From contig JBGTIR010000065.1 of the NCBI GenBank assembly GCA_041745595.1, positions 1 to 41,023 on the forward strand: 41,023 nt of DNA, read 5' to 3'. The DNA comes from Planctomycetaceae bacterium (GTDB lineage: Bacteria > Planctomycetota > Planctomycetia > Planctomycetales > Planctomycetaceae). Position numbers and translations under genes: made by a program. Position 1 is the first letter of the stretch. Every line of letters begins with the position of its first letter. The notes under the pieces were generated by a model. The model was not told the origin of the DNA, searched no databases, and saw only the letters and a list, made by a program, of their open reading frames with translations. Shown one piece after another: positions 1-8,843 of the stretch.

Positions 1-2
1 GT

Positions 3-104
3 ACATCGAGACGTTCTACAATACCGAACGCCTCCATCAGACGTTAAACTACCAGACGCCCGAGGAATTCGAGAGCAACCACGCCGCCAACCTGGCCGCA
101 TGAA
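3..104 (+). mobile_element. C-terminal fragment of an IS3-family transposase (integrase/rve domain tail), truncated by the window edge
   Basis: Frame-3 translation YIETFYNTERLHQTLNYQTPEEFESNHAANLAA* ends at TGA 102-104. The motif E-x-FYN-x-R-x-H-x-x-L-x-Y-x-(T/S)P-x-EFE is the conserved C-terminus of IS3-family OrfB proteins. There is no start codon in the window, so the ORF track misses it. Confidence 0.55.
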
Positions 105-174
105 CCAACGATTTGTTCTCCGCCATTGTTGGTCTACCGCACCCACGCACGCGACTGACCGGCGGAGAACCGCG

Positions 175-1866
175 TCAGTGCAGATGCTGGATCGTTCCCG
201 ACGCGTTGACGCGGATCCGCAGCGCGGCGGGTTCGGACGGGAGTCCCGGCATCGTGCTGATGTCCCCCGCCAGTGCGTACAGGAAGCCCGCGCCGGCTGC
301 CAGGCGGACTTCCCGGACGGGCAATCGAAACCCGGTCGGACGACCGAGCCGATGGGGATCGTGTGACAGCGAATACTGCGTCTTGGCGACGCAGACCGGC
401 AGGCGGCCGTACCCAAACGAGTCGAACCGATCGAGCTGCTCCCGGGCCGCCGGTTCCAGATCGACCCCATCGGCGCCGTAGATCTGCGTGGCGATGCGTT
501 CGAGTTTCTCCCGCGGCGAGAGGCTGTCTTCGTACAGCAAACGAAATTGCGCGGGCGGGGCGCCGGCCCCAACGACCGCCTCGGCCAGCGCCTCGGCGCC
601 GCGACTGCCGTCGGAAAATGCGGTCGACACGGCCACCTCGTCGGCCCCCGCTTCGCGGGCGAGTTCGCGGATCAATTCCAGTTCGGCATCGGTGTCATCG
701 GGAAAACGATTGATCGCCACCACGATCGGGATGCCGAACCGCCGCAGCAGCGCCAAGTGTGCGTGCAGGTTGACCGCGCCGGCGCGAAGGGCTGGGAGAT
801 CCTCCCTCGACAGACCGGGCGGCAACGAGCGCCGATTCTGCAAGGCGAATTGACCGCTGTGCAGCTTGAGCGCGCGAGCCGTACAGACCAGCACCACCAC
901 GTCGGGGGTCAATCCGCTGGCGCGGCATTTGATGTTCATGAACTTCTCGGCTCCGCAGTCGGCTCCGAAACCGCTTTCAGTGACGATGTAGTCGGCCAGA
1001 CGCAGTCCGATCCGATCGGCCAGCACGGAACTGTTGCCGTGGGCGATGTTCGCAAACGGGCCGGCGTGGACGAGGGCGGGAGTCCCTTCGCAGGTCTGCA
1101 CCAGGTTGGGTCGCACTGCGTCGCGCAGCAGCGCAGCCAGCGCGCCGGTGGCCTGCAACTGATCCACCGTGACGGGCGTTCCCTCGGGCGAGACGCCAAC
1201 GACCATCCGCCCGATCCGCCCGATCAAATCGCCCAGGTTCGACGCCAGCGCGAGGACGGCCATGATTTCCGACGCGGGGGCCAGGTCGAACGCCGTCGAC
1301 CGCGTGATCCAACCGGCCGCATCGCCGCGTCCCGTTTCGACTCCGCGGAGACTGCGGTCGCACAGATCGAGACAGCGCCGCCAGGTGACGCTGCCTTCCT
1401 CCACCAGAGGAGTGCGGCGGCGTGCCAGGTGGTTGTCGAGGAGCGCCGCGAGCAGGTTGGTCGCGGTGCTGACCGCGTGGATGTCCCCGGTGAAGTGCAG
1501 ATTGATGTCGTCGGCGGGAACCAGGTGCGCCCGGCCGCCGCCTGCGCCGCCTCCTTTCATCCCGAACAGCGGACCGAGCGACGGTTCGCGCAGCGCGGCC
1601 AGCGCGCGGCAGCCGATGCGATTCAGCCCCATCGCCAGTCCGATCGCCATCACGGTCTTGCCTTCGCCGAGGGGCGTGGGGCTGATGGCCGTCACCGCCA
1701 CGTATTTCCCGAGCGGACGCTCCGCGAGCCGTTCTTCCAGGCCGAGTGCGAACTTCCCCTTGTACCAGCCGTACGGTTCGAGATCTTCCTCGCGCAATCC
1801 GAGCGTTTCGCGGAGTGCATCGATTCGGCGGATCTCGCCCAGCGGAAATCCCGCGCGGTCGTTCAT
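175..1866 (-). CDS. fhs: formate--tetrahydrofolate ligase (formyltetrahydrofolate synthetase)
   Basis: 563-aa ORF with the FTHFS hallmark P-loop TPLGEGKT, the conserved block EPYGWYKGKF near the N-terminus, and a typical length. Confidence 0.9.
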   Translation of the reverse strand: MNDRAGFPLGEIRRIDALRETLGLREEDLEPYGWYKGKFALGLEERLAERPLGKYVAVTAISPTPLGEGKTVMAIGLAMGLNRIGCRALAALREPSLGPLFGMKGGGAGGGRAHLVPADDINLHFTGDIHAVSTATNLLAALLDNHLARRRTPLVEEGSVTWRRCLDLCDRSLRGVETGRGDAAGWITRSTAFDLAPASEIMAVLALASNLGDLIGRIGRMVVGVSPEGTPVTVDQLQATGALAALLRDAVRPNLVQTCEGTPALVHAGPFANIAHGNSSVLADRIGLRLADYIVTESGFGADCGAEKFMNIKCRASGLTPDVVVLVCTARALKLHSGQFALQNRRSLPPGLSREDLPALRAGAVNLHAHLALLRRFGIPIVVAINRFPDDTDAELELIRELAREAGADEVAVSTAFSDGSRGAEALAEAVVGAGAPPAQFRLLYEDSLSPREKLERIATQIYGADGVDLEPAAREQLDRFDSFGYGRLPVCVAKTQYSLSHDPHRLGRPTGFRLPVREVRLAAGAGFLYALAGDISTMPGLPSEPAALRIRVNASGTIQHLH

Positions 1867-1964
1867 GCAACACTCCGGAGACTATGCGACGGGGAACACG
1901 TGCGCCGATCCCCGGGCTTCGCCCGCCGCCGCGGGAGCAAGACGCGGTCGAGCATCACCATGCG

Positions 1965-3404
1965 CTACGTCAATTCGGGGATCGGTTTGCCGTGATCGAC
2001 GATCGGCGTGGGGCGGCCGTTGAAATCCTTGATCAGCGTACTGGCCGAGTCGATCCCGAGGTGATGGTAGATCGTCGCCAGGAAGTCTCCGGGGCCGCAA
2101 ACGCGTTCGATCGAGTCCTCGCCGCGCTTGTCGGTCGCGCCGACGAACCGGCCCGTTTCGATGCCGCCGCCGAACCAGATGTTCGAAAAGCCGCGCGGCC
2201 AGTGGTCGCGTCCAGGCTGCGTGGTCCCCGCCGGGGCGCTGGCATTCCCCTCGCCGGTGCTGGCGGCGTAGCTGATCTTCGGAGTGCGGCCGAATTCCCC
2301 CGTCACCACGACGAGCACCCGCTGGTCGAGACCGCGATCGTAGAGATCCTCGATCAGCGCCGAGACGGCCTGATCGTAGACCTCGGAGCGGAAGCGCATC
2401 GCGTCGAAGACGTGGTGATTGACAGCGTGGTCGTCCCAGTTCTGCACGCGGCCGCACAGCGGACCGCTGAGACTGGTCGTGAGCACGTCGACCCCGGCTT
2501 CGATGAGCCGCCGCGCCAGCAGCAACTGCTGGCCCCAGGCGTTCCGCCCGTAGCGATCGCGCGTGCGGGGATCTTCGAGGTTCAGGTCGAAGGCGACTTT
2601 GGTCTGCGGATTGGTGAGGAGCGTCATCGCCTGCGACTCGAACTCGTCGAGCGCCTCCAGCTCGCGCGCCTGGTCGAAACTGCGTTCGAGCGTGTCGAGC
2701 CGCTGCCGCAGCGTCGAACGGCGTCCCAGGCGGCGGACTTCGCCGGCGTCGGACAGGCCGATGTTCGGGACCGAGAAGTTCGGAGAATTCGGATCGCCCG
2801 AGACGACGAACGGCGAATACGCGTCCCCCAGATAGGCGGGACCGTTGTACTCCAGCGGGGGATTGATCCCCACGTAGGCCGGCAGCGGGTTCTGACGCGG
2901 GCCCCCCTGCGAGCGCAGATAGTTCGAGACCGACATCCAGTCGGGATAGCGGGGCTTCGGCTTGTCGCGCGTATCGGGATCGCCGGAGAGCAACTGCATC
3001 GACCCGGCGGGGTGTCCCCCCGCGGCCTGCCGCATCGAACGCAGCACGACGAGCTTATCCGCGAGCGCCGCCTGCCGGGGAAGCAGTTCGGTGAACTGCA
3101 ACCCGGGCACCTTGGTGTCGATCAGATCGAACGGTCCGCGGTATTCGCTCCCCGAATGCGGCTTGGGATCGTACGAGTCGAGATGCGAGAGTCCGCCGGG
3201 CTGCCAGATCATGATCACCGCGTTCTTTTCGCGGCCCGGCGATGCCGATTCCGCCCCCCGCGCTTGCAGCCGGAGAATCCCGGGCAGACTCAGCGTGGCG
3301 AAACCCGCGAGCCCCGCTTGCAGGAACGCGCGGCGTCCGCTCGGACCGAACGGAACCGGTCCGGGACAGCGGAAGGGGTGAGTCTGGAATGGGGTACGGC
3401 TCAT
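1965..3404 (-). CDS. DUF1501 family protein (Planctomycete sulfatase-like; Tat signal)
   Basis: 479 aa. Twin-arginine signal RRAFLQAGLAGFATL. Architecture and length are typical of DUF1501 proteins that pair with DUF1549/DUF1553 genes in Planctomycetes. Its start overlaps the upstream gene's stop (ATGA at 3401-3404). Confidence 0.8.
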   Translation of the reverse strand: MSRTPFQTHPFRCPGPVPFGPSGRRAFLQAGLAGFATLSLPGILRLQARGAESASPGREKNAVIMIWQPGGLSHLDSYDPKPHSGSEYRGPFDLIDTKVPGLQFTELLPRQAALADKLVVLRSMRQAAGGHPAGSMQLLSGDPDTRDKPKPRYPDWMSVSNYLRSQGGPRQNPLPAYVGINPPLEYNGPAYLGDAYSPFVVSGDPNSPNFSVPNIGLSDAGEVRRLGRRSTLRQRLDTLERSFDQARELEALDEFESQAMTLLTNPQTKVAFDLNLEDPRTRDRYGRNAWGQQLLLARRLIEAGVDVLTTSLSGPLCGRVQNWDDHAVNHHVFDAMRFRSEVYDQAVSALIEDLYDRGLDQRVLVVVTGEFGRTPKISYAASTGEGNASAPAGTTQPGRDHWPRGFSNIWFGGGIETGRFVGATDKRGEDSIERVCGPGDFLATIYHHLGIDSASTLIKDFNGRPTPIVDHGKPIPELT

Positions 3405-5662
3405 GGTGCCTCCGCCGGCTGAATGCGAATCGCAATGGGTTCGGTGACAACAATATCGACAATATCTCTCGGCTGCGCCACTTCCGTGGCCCGCTTGAGC
3501 TGGGCCTCGGCGGCGGCGACCCGTTCGTTGGCCGCTTTGAGACGGGCCGTGAGGTCGGCCACGACCTGCTCGGACTCCGGCTTTTGATCGGCCGGCGCGG
3601 CTTGGGCGGTCTCGACCGCCTGCTTCAATTGGGTCTCCAGTTCCGCCGCCTCCCGCTGCGCCTGCTCACGGGCGGCTGCGGCGACATCGACCGCTTCCGG
3701 ATGATGGCGGTACTTCGCCACGGCTCCGCCGTGGAAGGCGATCAGATAGTCTCCCGGCGGCACCTTGAGCGCGGCGAGATCGAGGACCGCCTCGGAGCGC
3801 TCGGCGGTGAGCGACAGTTCGAACGCGGGGACGCGCTCGAAACCAGCGCCAATCGCCCGCATCTGCATCGTCGCGCCGGAGAACTCGCTGCGGCGCGTGT
3901 GGACCAGCGGGATCGTCAGTTTCTCGCCGGTCTTCGCTTCGAGCCGGGGTATTTCAGGAGCGATCGTCAGCGGGGCCAGATCGATGCCGCTGACGGAGAC
4001 CGGCACGTCGGCCAGCAGCCGCGGACTGGGAATCTCGCCCCACGAATCGGGAATCGGCCACGCCACCGAAGCCATGCGGCAGGGGCGCGTCACCGCCTGT
4101 CCGCCGATCTGCGAACGACCGACGAACGCCGCATTGGTGAACGCCCGCGGCGCATCGGCCCGGGCGGAGATCAGCATCAGGCCGCGGGACTGACCCGCCG
4201 GAATCTTCAGTCCGTGAGCCGTCACGCCCTCCGGCAGCCCTTCCATCGCCAGCTCAATGTCGCCGTCGAATCCGTCGCGGCGAAACGCCACGACTTCCAG
4301 AGCCATCGTGGCTCCGCCGCGCAGAGCGATCGGCTTCGACAGCGCGTTGCGGTCGCCGTTGCGGAGTTCCATGTGCAGCGCCCAGGCGACGAGCGCGAAA
4401 TCGGGCGCCGCCCGGCGAACGACGAGCCGATAGACGTTCCCCGGATCGTTGCGCGTTCCGCCGAACAGGTCAGTCATCTGCAGACGGTAGAGTCCATCGT
4501 GCGGAATCACCAGTTTGCCGAGAATGTCGGACGTTCCCGCGTTGTAGGGAGGACCGTCGTAGGCGTAACCGTTGCTGGAAACCTTCACCGGACTGGGAAC
4601 GTCGTTGAGTTCGACGACGTCGGTCAGCGTTTCTCCGTCCGCCGTGCGGACAACGTGCTGCACGAGGAGGGCCGGGTCGGTCGGCAGGCCGAAGCGTTCG
4701 GAGGCGACCTCGATCCACCATTCCTCCCCTTGTTTCGCTTCGAACTCGAACACGTCGACATCGGCCGCCGGATAGAAACTCCCCGCGATGTCGCAGGGAA
4801 GCGTGATCCGCTGGGCGCGGGGAGCATCGTTGTTGGGTTCCTGCTCGAGGGCCTCGGCCCGCGCGGCCAGTCCGACTGGAGGCCAGGAGAACGCGTTGAC
4901 GGGCTGCGTCGCGGGTTGCCGGACGATCGGAGCCTCCGCGGGTTGCTCCCACAGACCGAGGCGGTAGTAGAACGCCGCCCCTCCCTTGAAGGTCAATTCA
5001 TGGACTTTGATCACGTACGTGCCGTCCTGCGGAACCGCGAAGTCGAGCACTCCTCCGCGGCGTTCGACCAGCAGGTCGCGTCCCTCGGCGTCGGCGATGA
5101 TGACCGTGGCGTTGAGTTTGGAGTCGATGCCCCGCGACGCACAGTCGACGACGATCCGCTGTCCCTGCCGGGCGGGGAACGTGTAGAAGTCGACCGCCCG
5201 GTCGGAGATCGTGGCGTTGCAGACCGAGTTGAGCGGCAATTCGAGCGCCGTCGCCAGCGACGTGTTGGGCTGCGTCCGCACGACTTCGGCCAGCGTTCCG
5301 ACGGAAAACACCCGCGACGAGGACAGGCCCAGCCGCGTCATGACGCGGGCTTCGTAAATCCCCGCCGGGCAATCCTCGGCGACGTGGACCAGGTACTTGT
5401 TCGGCACCGGGTTCCCTTGCGCATCGAGCAGGCGGGCGGCGGTGATCCGCGCGTCGGAAAAGACCAGTTCGCCGGCGTCGTCGAGGTGTTCGCCGCCGAT
5501 CGTGACCTCAAAACGGGTTCCGACCTGGCCCCCCATCGGCAGCGTGGTCAGCAACCGCGGCGCCGGCAGGCAGACCGACTGCGCGAACGCGGCGGATGCA
5601 CTCCCCAGAAGCGCGGTGCTCAGCGCGAGCCGAAGCAACGAATTTGTGACGCAAGTTGTCAT
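3401..5662 (-). CDS. large secreted protein with pre-peptidase C-terminal (PPC)-like beta-sandwich repeats and a C-terminal coiled-coil/Ala-Glu-rich tail
   Basis: 753 aa. N-terminal signal peptide (LLRLALSTALLGSASAAFAQ). Repeated Cys-containing beta-sandwich segments and an AEQ-rich C-terminus. Lies between the DUF1549/DUF1553 and DUF1501 genes with an 8-nt and a -4-nt junction, so it is operonic. Confidence 0.7.
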   Translation of the reverse strand: MTTCVTNSLLRLALSTALLGSASAAFAQSVCLPAPRLLTTLPMGGQVGTRFEVTIGGEHLDDAGELVFSDARITAARLLDAQGNPVPNKYLVHVAEDCPAGIYEARVMTRLGLSSSRVFSVGTLAEVVRTQPNTSLATALELPLNSVCNATISDRAVDFYTFPARQGQRIVVDCASRGIDSKLNATVIIADAEGRDLLVERRGGVLDFAVPQDGTYVIKVHELTFKGGAAFYYRLGLWEQPAEAPIVRQPATQPVNAFSWPPVGLAARAEALEQEPNNDAPRAQRITLPCDIAGSFYPAADVDVFEFEAKQGEEWWIEVASERFGLPTDPALLVQHVVRTADGETLTDVVELNDVPSPVKVSSNGYAYDGPPYNAGTSDILGKLVIPHDGLYRLQMTDLFGGTRNDPGNVYRLVVRRAAPDFALVAWALHMELRNGDRNALSKPIALRGGATMALEVVAFRRDGFDGDIELAMEGLPEGVTAHGLKIPAGQSRGLMLISARADAPRAFTNAAFVGRSQIGGQAVTRPCRMASVAWPIPDSWGEIPSPRLLADVPVSVSGIDLAPLTIAPEIPRLEAKTGEKLTIPLVHTRRSEFSGATMQMRAIGAGFERVPAFELSLTAERSEAVLDLAALKVPPGDYLIAFHGGAVAKYRHHPEAVDVAAAAREQAQREAAELETQLKQAVETAQAAPADQKPESEQVVADLTARLKAANERVAAAEAQLKRATEVAQPRDIVDIVVTEPIAIRIQPAEAP

Positions 5663-5669
5663 ACGAAGC

Positions 5670-7991
5670 CTAATGATTGAAGAGGAATTCTTTCGTGTTC
5701 ATCAACGCCCACAGCAGATCTTGAAAGTTCTCGCGGGCCGCCCGCTGCGCATCGACCGGGTTGCCGGCGGCATCGAGGGGTGTTTCGGCGAGATACTCGA
5801 GCGCCGTTTGTAGCTCGTCGGCCCGCGGCTCGCGGGCGAAAGCCGCCCGGTACAGTTCTCGCACCTTCTCTTCCGGCAGGCGCTGATCCTGAGCCAGACG
5901 CAGGGCGCGGCCCGTCGGGCTGGCGAGCTTGGATTTCAGGTCGTTCGCGTTGATCAGATGCAGACTCTGCGCCAGGCTCGACGACTGCACCCGCTCGCAT
6001 TCGCAGACGCTCTCTCCGTCGGGCCGGCCGAACACTCTCAAAAACGGCGACGAGCGGTTGTAGCTGTTGTCGGGGAGCGCCACCGCGCGGGTGCCCGGCG
6101 GCAGGTTGGCGAAGTCCGTCTGCGTCCCGGCCAGCCGGTCGATGGCGTCGAGCAGCACCTCGGCCTGCAGCCGCCGCGGATAGTAGCGCGAATAATTCTG
6201 CCGGTCGCCGAGGTTGTGTTCGTTGGGAATCGCGCTCAACTGATACGCGTTCGAGCGGACGAGCGTCCGGACGAGTTCCTTCAGATCGAACCCGCTGGCA
6301 ATGAAGTGGTGCTCCAGGGCCGCGAGCAATTCGGGATTCGTGGGGGGGTTCGAATCGCGGATGTCGTCCTCGGGTTCGATCAATCCCCGCTGGAAAAAGT
6401 GCTTCCAGTAACGATTGACCAGGGCCCGGGCAAAGAAAGGATTGCTGGGAGAACTCATCCAGTCGGCCAGCTTGAGTCGGGGGTCTTCGTCCGCGGCGAT
6501 CGGAGGAATCGCGTCCCCCAGCGCGGCCGGCGGCAGCGCGGCGCCCGTCTTGATGTTCGTCGCCGTGGCGATGCCGCGCTGATGAAAAATCAGATCTTCG
6601 CCCCGCGTGCCCGACGGCTTGCGGCCGACCCGCGTGAAGAACGCCACCAGCGAGTAGTAGTCGTCCTGGCTCCAGCGTTCGAAGGGATGATGGTGACACT
6701 GGGCGCACTGCATCCGCACCCCCAGGAACAGTTGCGCCACGTCTTCGATCTGGTTCTTCGGTTCCTGCACGCGCTTGTACCAGGCCACGGGCGGGTTGCC
6801 GATGACGGTCCCCGTGGCGGCCAGCAGTTCCCGCACGAACTGGTCGTAAGGCTTGTTGGCCAGCAGACTGTCGCGAACCCAGGCGTGAAACACGAAGTTC
6901 GACACCAGATCGCTGGCGTCGTCCCGCCGGTTCTTCAGCAGCGCGGTCCATTTGTTGGCAAAGAAATCGGCGTAATCGGGGCTGCGGAGGAGTTCGTCGA
7001 TCGCCCGTTCGCGTTTGTCGGGTTCCGTGCTCGCCAGGAACGCGGCGACTTCCTCCTCAGTCGGCAGTCGCCCGCCGATGTCGAGCGAGACGCGCCGCAG
7101 AAACGTGGCGTCGTCGCAGACGGGCGACGGCGGAATTCCGAGTTCTTTCAGATTCGCGAAGACCGCCTCGTCCACGAAGTTCTTCGCCGGAGGAAGTTCG
7201 CCCACGGGCGCTCCCAGCGGAATCACCGCGTTGAAGACCGAGACATGCCCCTGATAACGGACCATCACGGCGACTTTTCCCGTGAGATCGAGAATCGTCA
7301 CCCGGCCGCTGCCGGAGACTTCGGCCATCGCGGCGTCGTTCGATTCGAACAGCGCCCGCTCGGTGACGTCGCGAACGCTGCCGTCGGAGTAACGGGCCAG
7401 CGCTGTCAGTTGCTGTTCGCCGCCGCGTTGCAGCGACCCCCGCGCGGGCTGAACCTCGAACCCGATGAGCCGCGGTGCTGATTCGGCATCGAGCGGCGCG
7501 CCCTGGCGGATCCAGTCGCGGAGCACGCCGTACCCGGACGACTCCGCGGGAAGTCGAATTCCGCCGCCGTGGGGCACCCGCCCGGACGCCTTCCGCAACA
7601 ACAGGCTCTGCTCGGGCTGGGTGAACGACAGCCGCCGTCCGCGAGTTTCCGAAACGAGCTGTTCGTAATCGTCGCGGGGCTCGAAACCGAGCAGCGACAA
7701 CTGGAACCCCTTCTGTCCGCCCCCCGCCTTCGCGTGGCAGACCCCCAGATTACAGCCCGCCTTGGTGAGCACCGGAATCACGTCGTTGAAAAAGCTGACG
7801 GTTGGTTCCGACTCCCCGGCCAGGACCGGCGCGGCCGGAGGCACGATCAGAGCGAGGACGACCGCCGAGAGGAGGCGCAGCGCCGTTCTCCGCGGATTCC
7901 GGCGTTCAAGAACAGGCACAGCAAGTCTCTCCGTCACAATCCCAGGGGATTCGGAACCGACGCCCCTGCCGGCCACGAGAGCCGACACCAA
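5670..7991 (-). CDS. DUF1549/DUF1553 protein with N-terminal Planctomycete cytochrome-c-like domain (PSCyt/PSD1 family)
   Basis: 773 aa. Conserved N-terminal heme-binding-like motif FNDVIPVLTKAGCNLGVCHAKAGGGQ, followed by the long DUF1549 and DUF1553 regions. The ORF-track start is a TTG at 7991, so the true start is uncertain. Confidence 0.8.
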   Translation of the reverse strand: MVSALVAGRGVGSESPGIVTERLAVPVLERRNPRRTALRLLSAVVLALIVPPAAPVLAGESEPTVSFFNDVIPVLTKAGCNLGVCHAKAGGGQKGFQLSLLGFEPRDDYEQLVSETRGRRLSFTQPEQSLLLRKASGRVPHGGGIRLPAESSGYGVLRDWIRQGAPLDAESAPRLIGFEVQPARGSLQRGGEQQLTALARYSDGSVRDVTERALFESNDAAMAEVSGSGRVTILDLTGKVAVMVRYQGHVSVFNAVIPLGAPVGELPPAKNFVDEAVFANLKELGIPPSPVCDDATFLRRVSLDIGGRLPTEEEVAAFLASTEPDKRERAIDELLRSPDYADFFANKWTALLKNRRDDASDLVSNFVFHAWVRDSLLANKPYDQFVRELLAATGTVIGNPPVAWYKRVQEPKNQIEDVAQLFLGVRMQCAQCHHHPFERWSQDDYYSLVAFFTRVGRKPSGTRGEDLIFHQRGIATATNIKTGAALPPAALGDAIPPIAADEDPRLKLADWMSSPSNPFFARALVNRYWKHFFQRGLIEPEDDIRDSNPPTNPELLAALEHHFIASGFDLKELVRTLVRSNAYQLSAIPNEHNLGDRQNYSRYYPRRLQAEVLLDAIDRLAGTQTDFANLPPGTRAVALPDNSYNRSSPFLRVFGRPDGESVCECERVQSSSLAQSLHLINANDLKSKLASPTGRALRLAQDQRLPEEKVRELYRAAFAREPRADELQTALEYLAETPLDAAGNPVDAQRAARENFQDLLWALMNTKEFLFNH

Positions 7992-8135
7992 CGCCCGAAT
8001 CTTCCCATGATACCCATCAGCGACAGTTGATGCAAATCCTGATTGCGTCGAGGGTATCGCAGGGTGTACGTTGAAGTTTCGTGTATGGCGCAGCGGCTCC
8101 GATAAAGGATGCTACTCGGCAGGACATGTCCGCTT

Positions 8136-8726
8136 ATGGACGAAACTTCGCTCAGTTTGCTCGCCCGTGTTCGCCAAACCACCGATTCGACATCGTGGGA
8201 GCGACTGGTTGATTTGTACGCGCCGCTGATGCGGGATTGGCTGCGGACATACGGCGTGCAAGATGCCGATGCCGAGGACTTGATTCAGGAGGTGTTGACC
8301 GTCGTCGCTCGGGAAATTGCTCATTTCGATCACAATCAGCGGTCGGGAGCATTTCGTAATTGGTTACGAGCAACGCTCGTTCACCGCTTGCGGCATTTTT
8401 GGCGGTCAAACAGCCACAGGATGGTTGCCGCAGGGGGCACCAGCGTGCTGGAACAACTCAACCAGCTTGAGGACGAAACCAGCCAGCTCAGCCGCGTCTG
8501 GAACGAGCAACACGATCGCGAAGTGATCGCGCGGCTCGTCGAAATCGTGAGGCCGACATTCCTCCCCAAGACTTGGGAGGCATTTCATCGGCAAATGTTC
8601 GAGGGCCATCCCCCCGAACAGGTGGCCGTGGAGCTTGGGATGCCGCTCGGTTCGGTTTATATGGCCCGTCACCGGGTGCTCAACGCCCTGCGCCGGGAAG
8701 CGGCAGGGTTGATCGACTCGCCGTAA
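8136..8726 (+). CDS. ECF-type RNA polymerase sigma factor (sigma-70 family)
   Basis: Sigma-70 region 2 (DLIQEVLTVVAREIAHFD...FRNWL) and region 4 (PEQVAVELGMPLGSVYMARHRVLNALRRE). The start is taken at ATG 8136 (MDETSLSLLARV, the usual ECF N-terminus) with an AGGA 12 nt upstream; an alternative ATG lies at 8109. Confidence 0.85.
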   Translation: MDETSLSLLARVRQTTDSTSWERLVDLYAPLMRDWLRTYGVQDADAEDLIQEVLTVVAREIAHFDHNQRSGAFRNWLRATLVHRLRHFWRSNSHRMVAAGGTSVLEQLNQLEDETSQLSRVWNEQHDREVIARLVEIVRPTFLPKTWEAFHRQMFEGHPPEQVAVELGMPLGSVYMARHRVLNALRREAAGLIDSP

Positions 8727-8843
8727 CATGGCGGCGGACGGAAATTTGGAGTTAATTTCCGCAGCCGGCGTGAGGAATCCGCGGTTGCTGCACTCTCTCT
8801 TTGTGTGTAGCCGCCACTCGCCTCTCCGAATCGAGATCGACCC

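Noticed and set aside
547-7481. Long + strand ORFs (547-1995, 1746-3422, 3242-5680, 5958-7481) opposite fhs and the DUF operon
   Set aside because: They are antisense to genes with clear family signatures. Their amino-acid composition is dominated by R/G/A/P, as expected from GC-rich non-coding frames.
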